DNA of 63,275 bases, the filler included, from Octopus bimaculoides (taxonomy: Eukaryota): assembly GCF_001194135.2 (NCBI RefSeq). It is 5 parts of 5 records of this genome, joined end to end, with 100 filler letters (N's around TTAATTAATTAA, not from the genome) between each part and the next. Parts side by side here need not be neighbours in the genome. Positions count along the whole stretch, not along the records: positions 59,381 to 63,275 come from NC_068987.1; 4 more parts are not named here. One strand, written 5' to 3'. Made by a program: the position numbers and the translations under genes. The notes below the pieces were generated by a model. That model saw only the letters and a list, made by a program, of their open reading frames with translations. It had not been told where the DNA came from and did no database searches. How positions within the stretch are numbered: the stretch's first letter is position 1; each line of letters opens with the position of its first letter. Of the stretch, positions 63,261-63,275 are shown one piece after another.

Positions 63261-63275
63261 TATACATACATATAT

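Overview
AT-rich, repeat-saturated eukaryotic DNA with about 8 kb of N gaps. No host protein-coding exon, real tRNA/rRNA gene or CRISPR array can be supported. The repeat content (tRNA-headed SINEs plus very dense AT/AC microsatellites) looks like an octopus genome; this is inference from recollection, not a search. Four artificial N44-TTAATTAATTAA-N44 spacers show the window is five separately assembled pieces. Content: five recurring SINE families (called SINE-A to -E here); decayed Tigger/pogo, mariner and hAT elements; RTE, CR1/L2-like and RLE-type LINE fragments; two Penelope-like elements (PLEs); and a Helentron fragment (PIF1 helicase plus AP endonuclease) bracketed by HINE-like ends. 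The main candidate for a new system is SINE-D (19655-20022 and 38898-39312). It joins a tRNA-like Pol III head to a type I hammerhead-ribozyme tail. Both copies carry an inverted partial tail copy that stops about 30 nt short of the 3' end, which is PLE pseudo-LTR architecture. It may be a ribozyme-bearing SINE mobilised by Penelope-like elements. A separate, well-folding hammerhead-like motif lies beside a PLE RT fragment at 25999-26038. SINE boundaries without TSDs are approximate.
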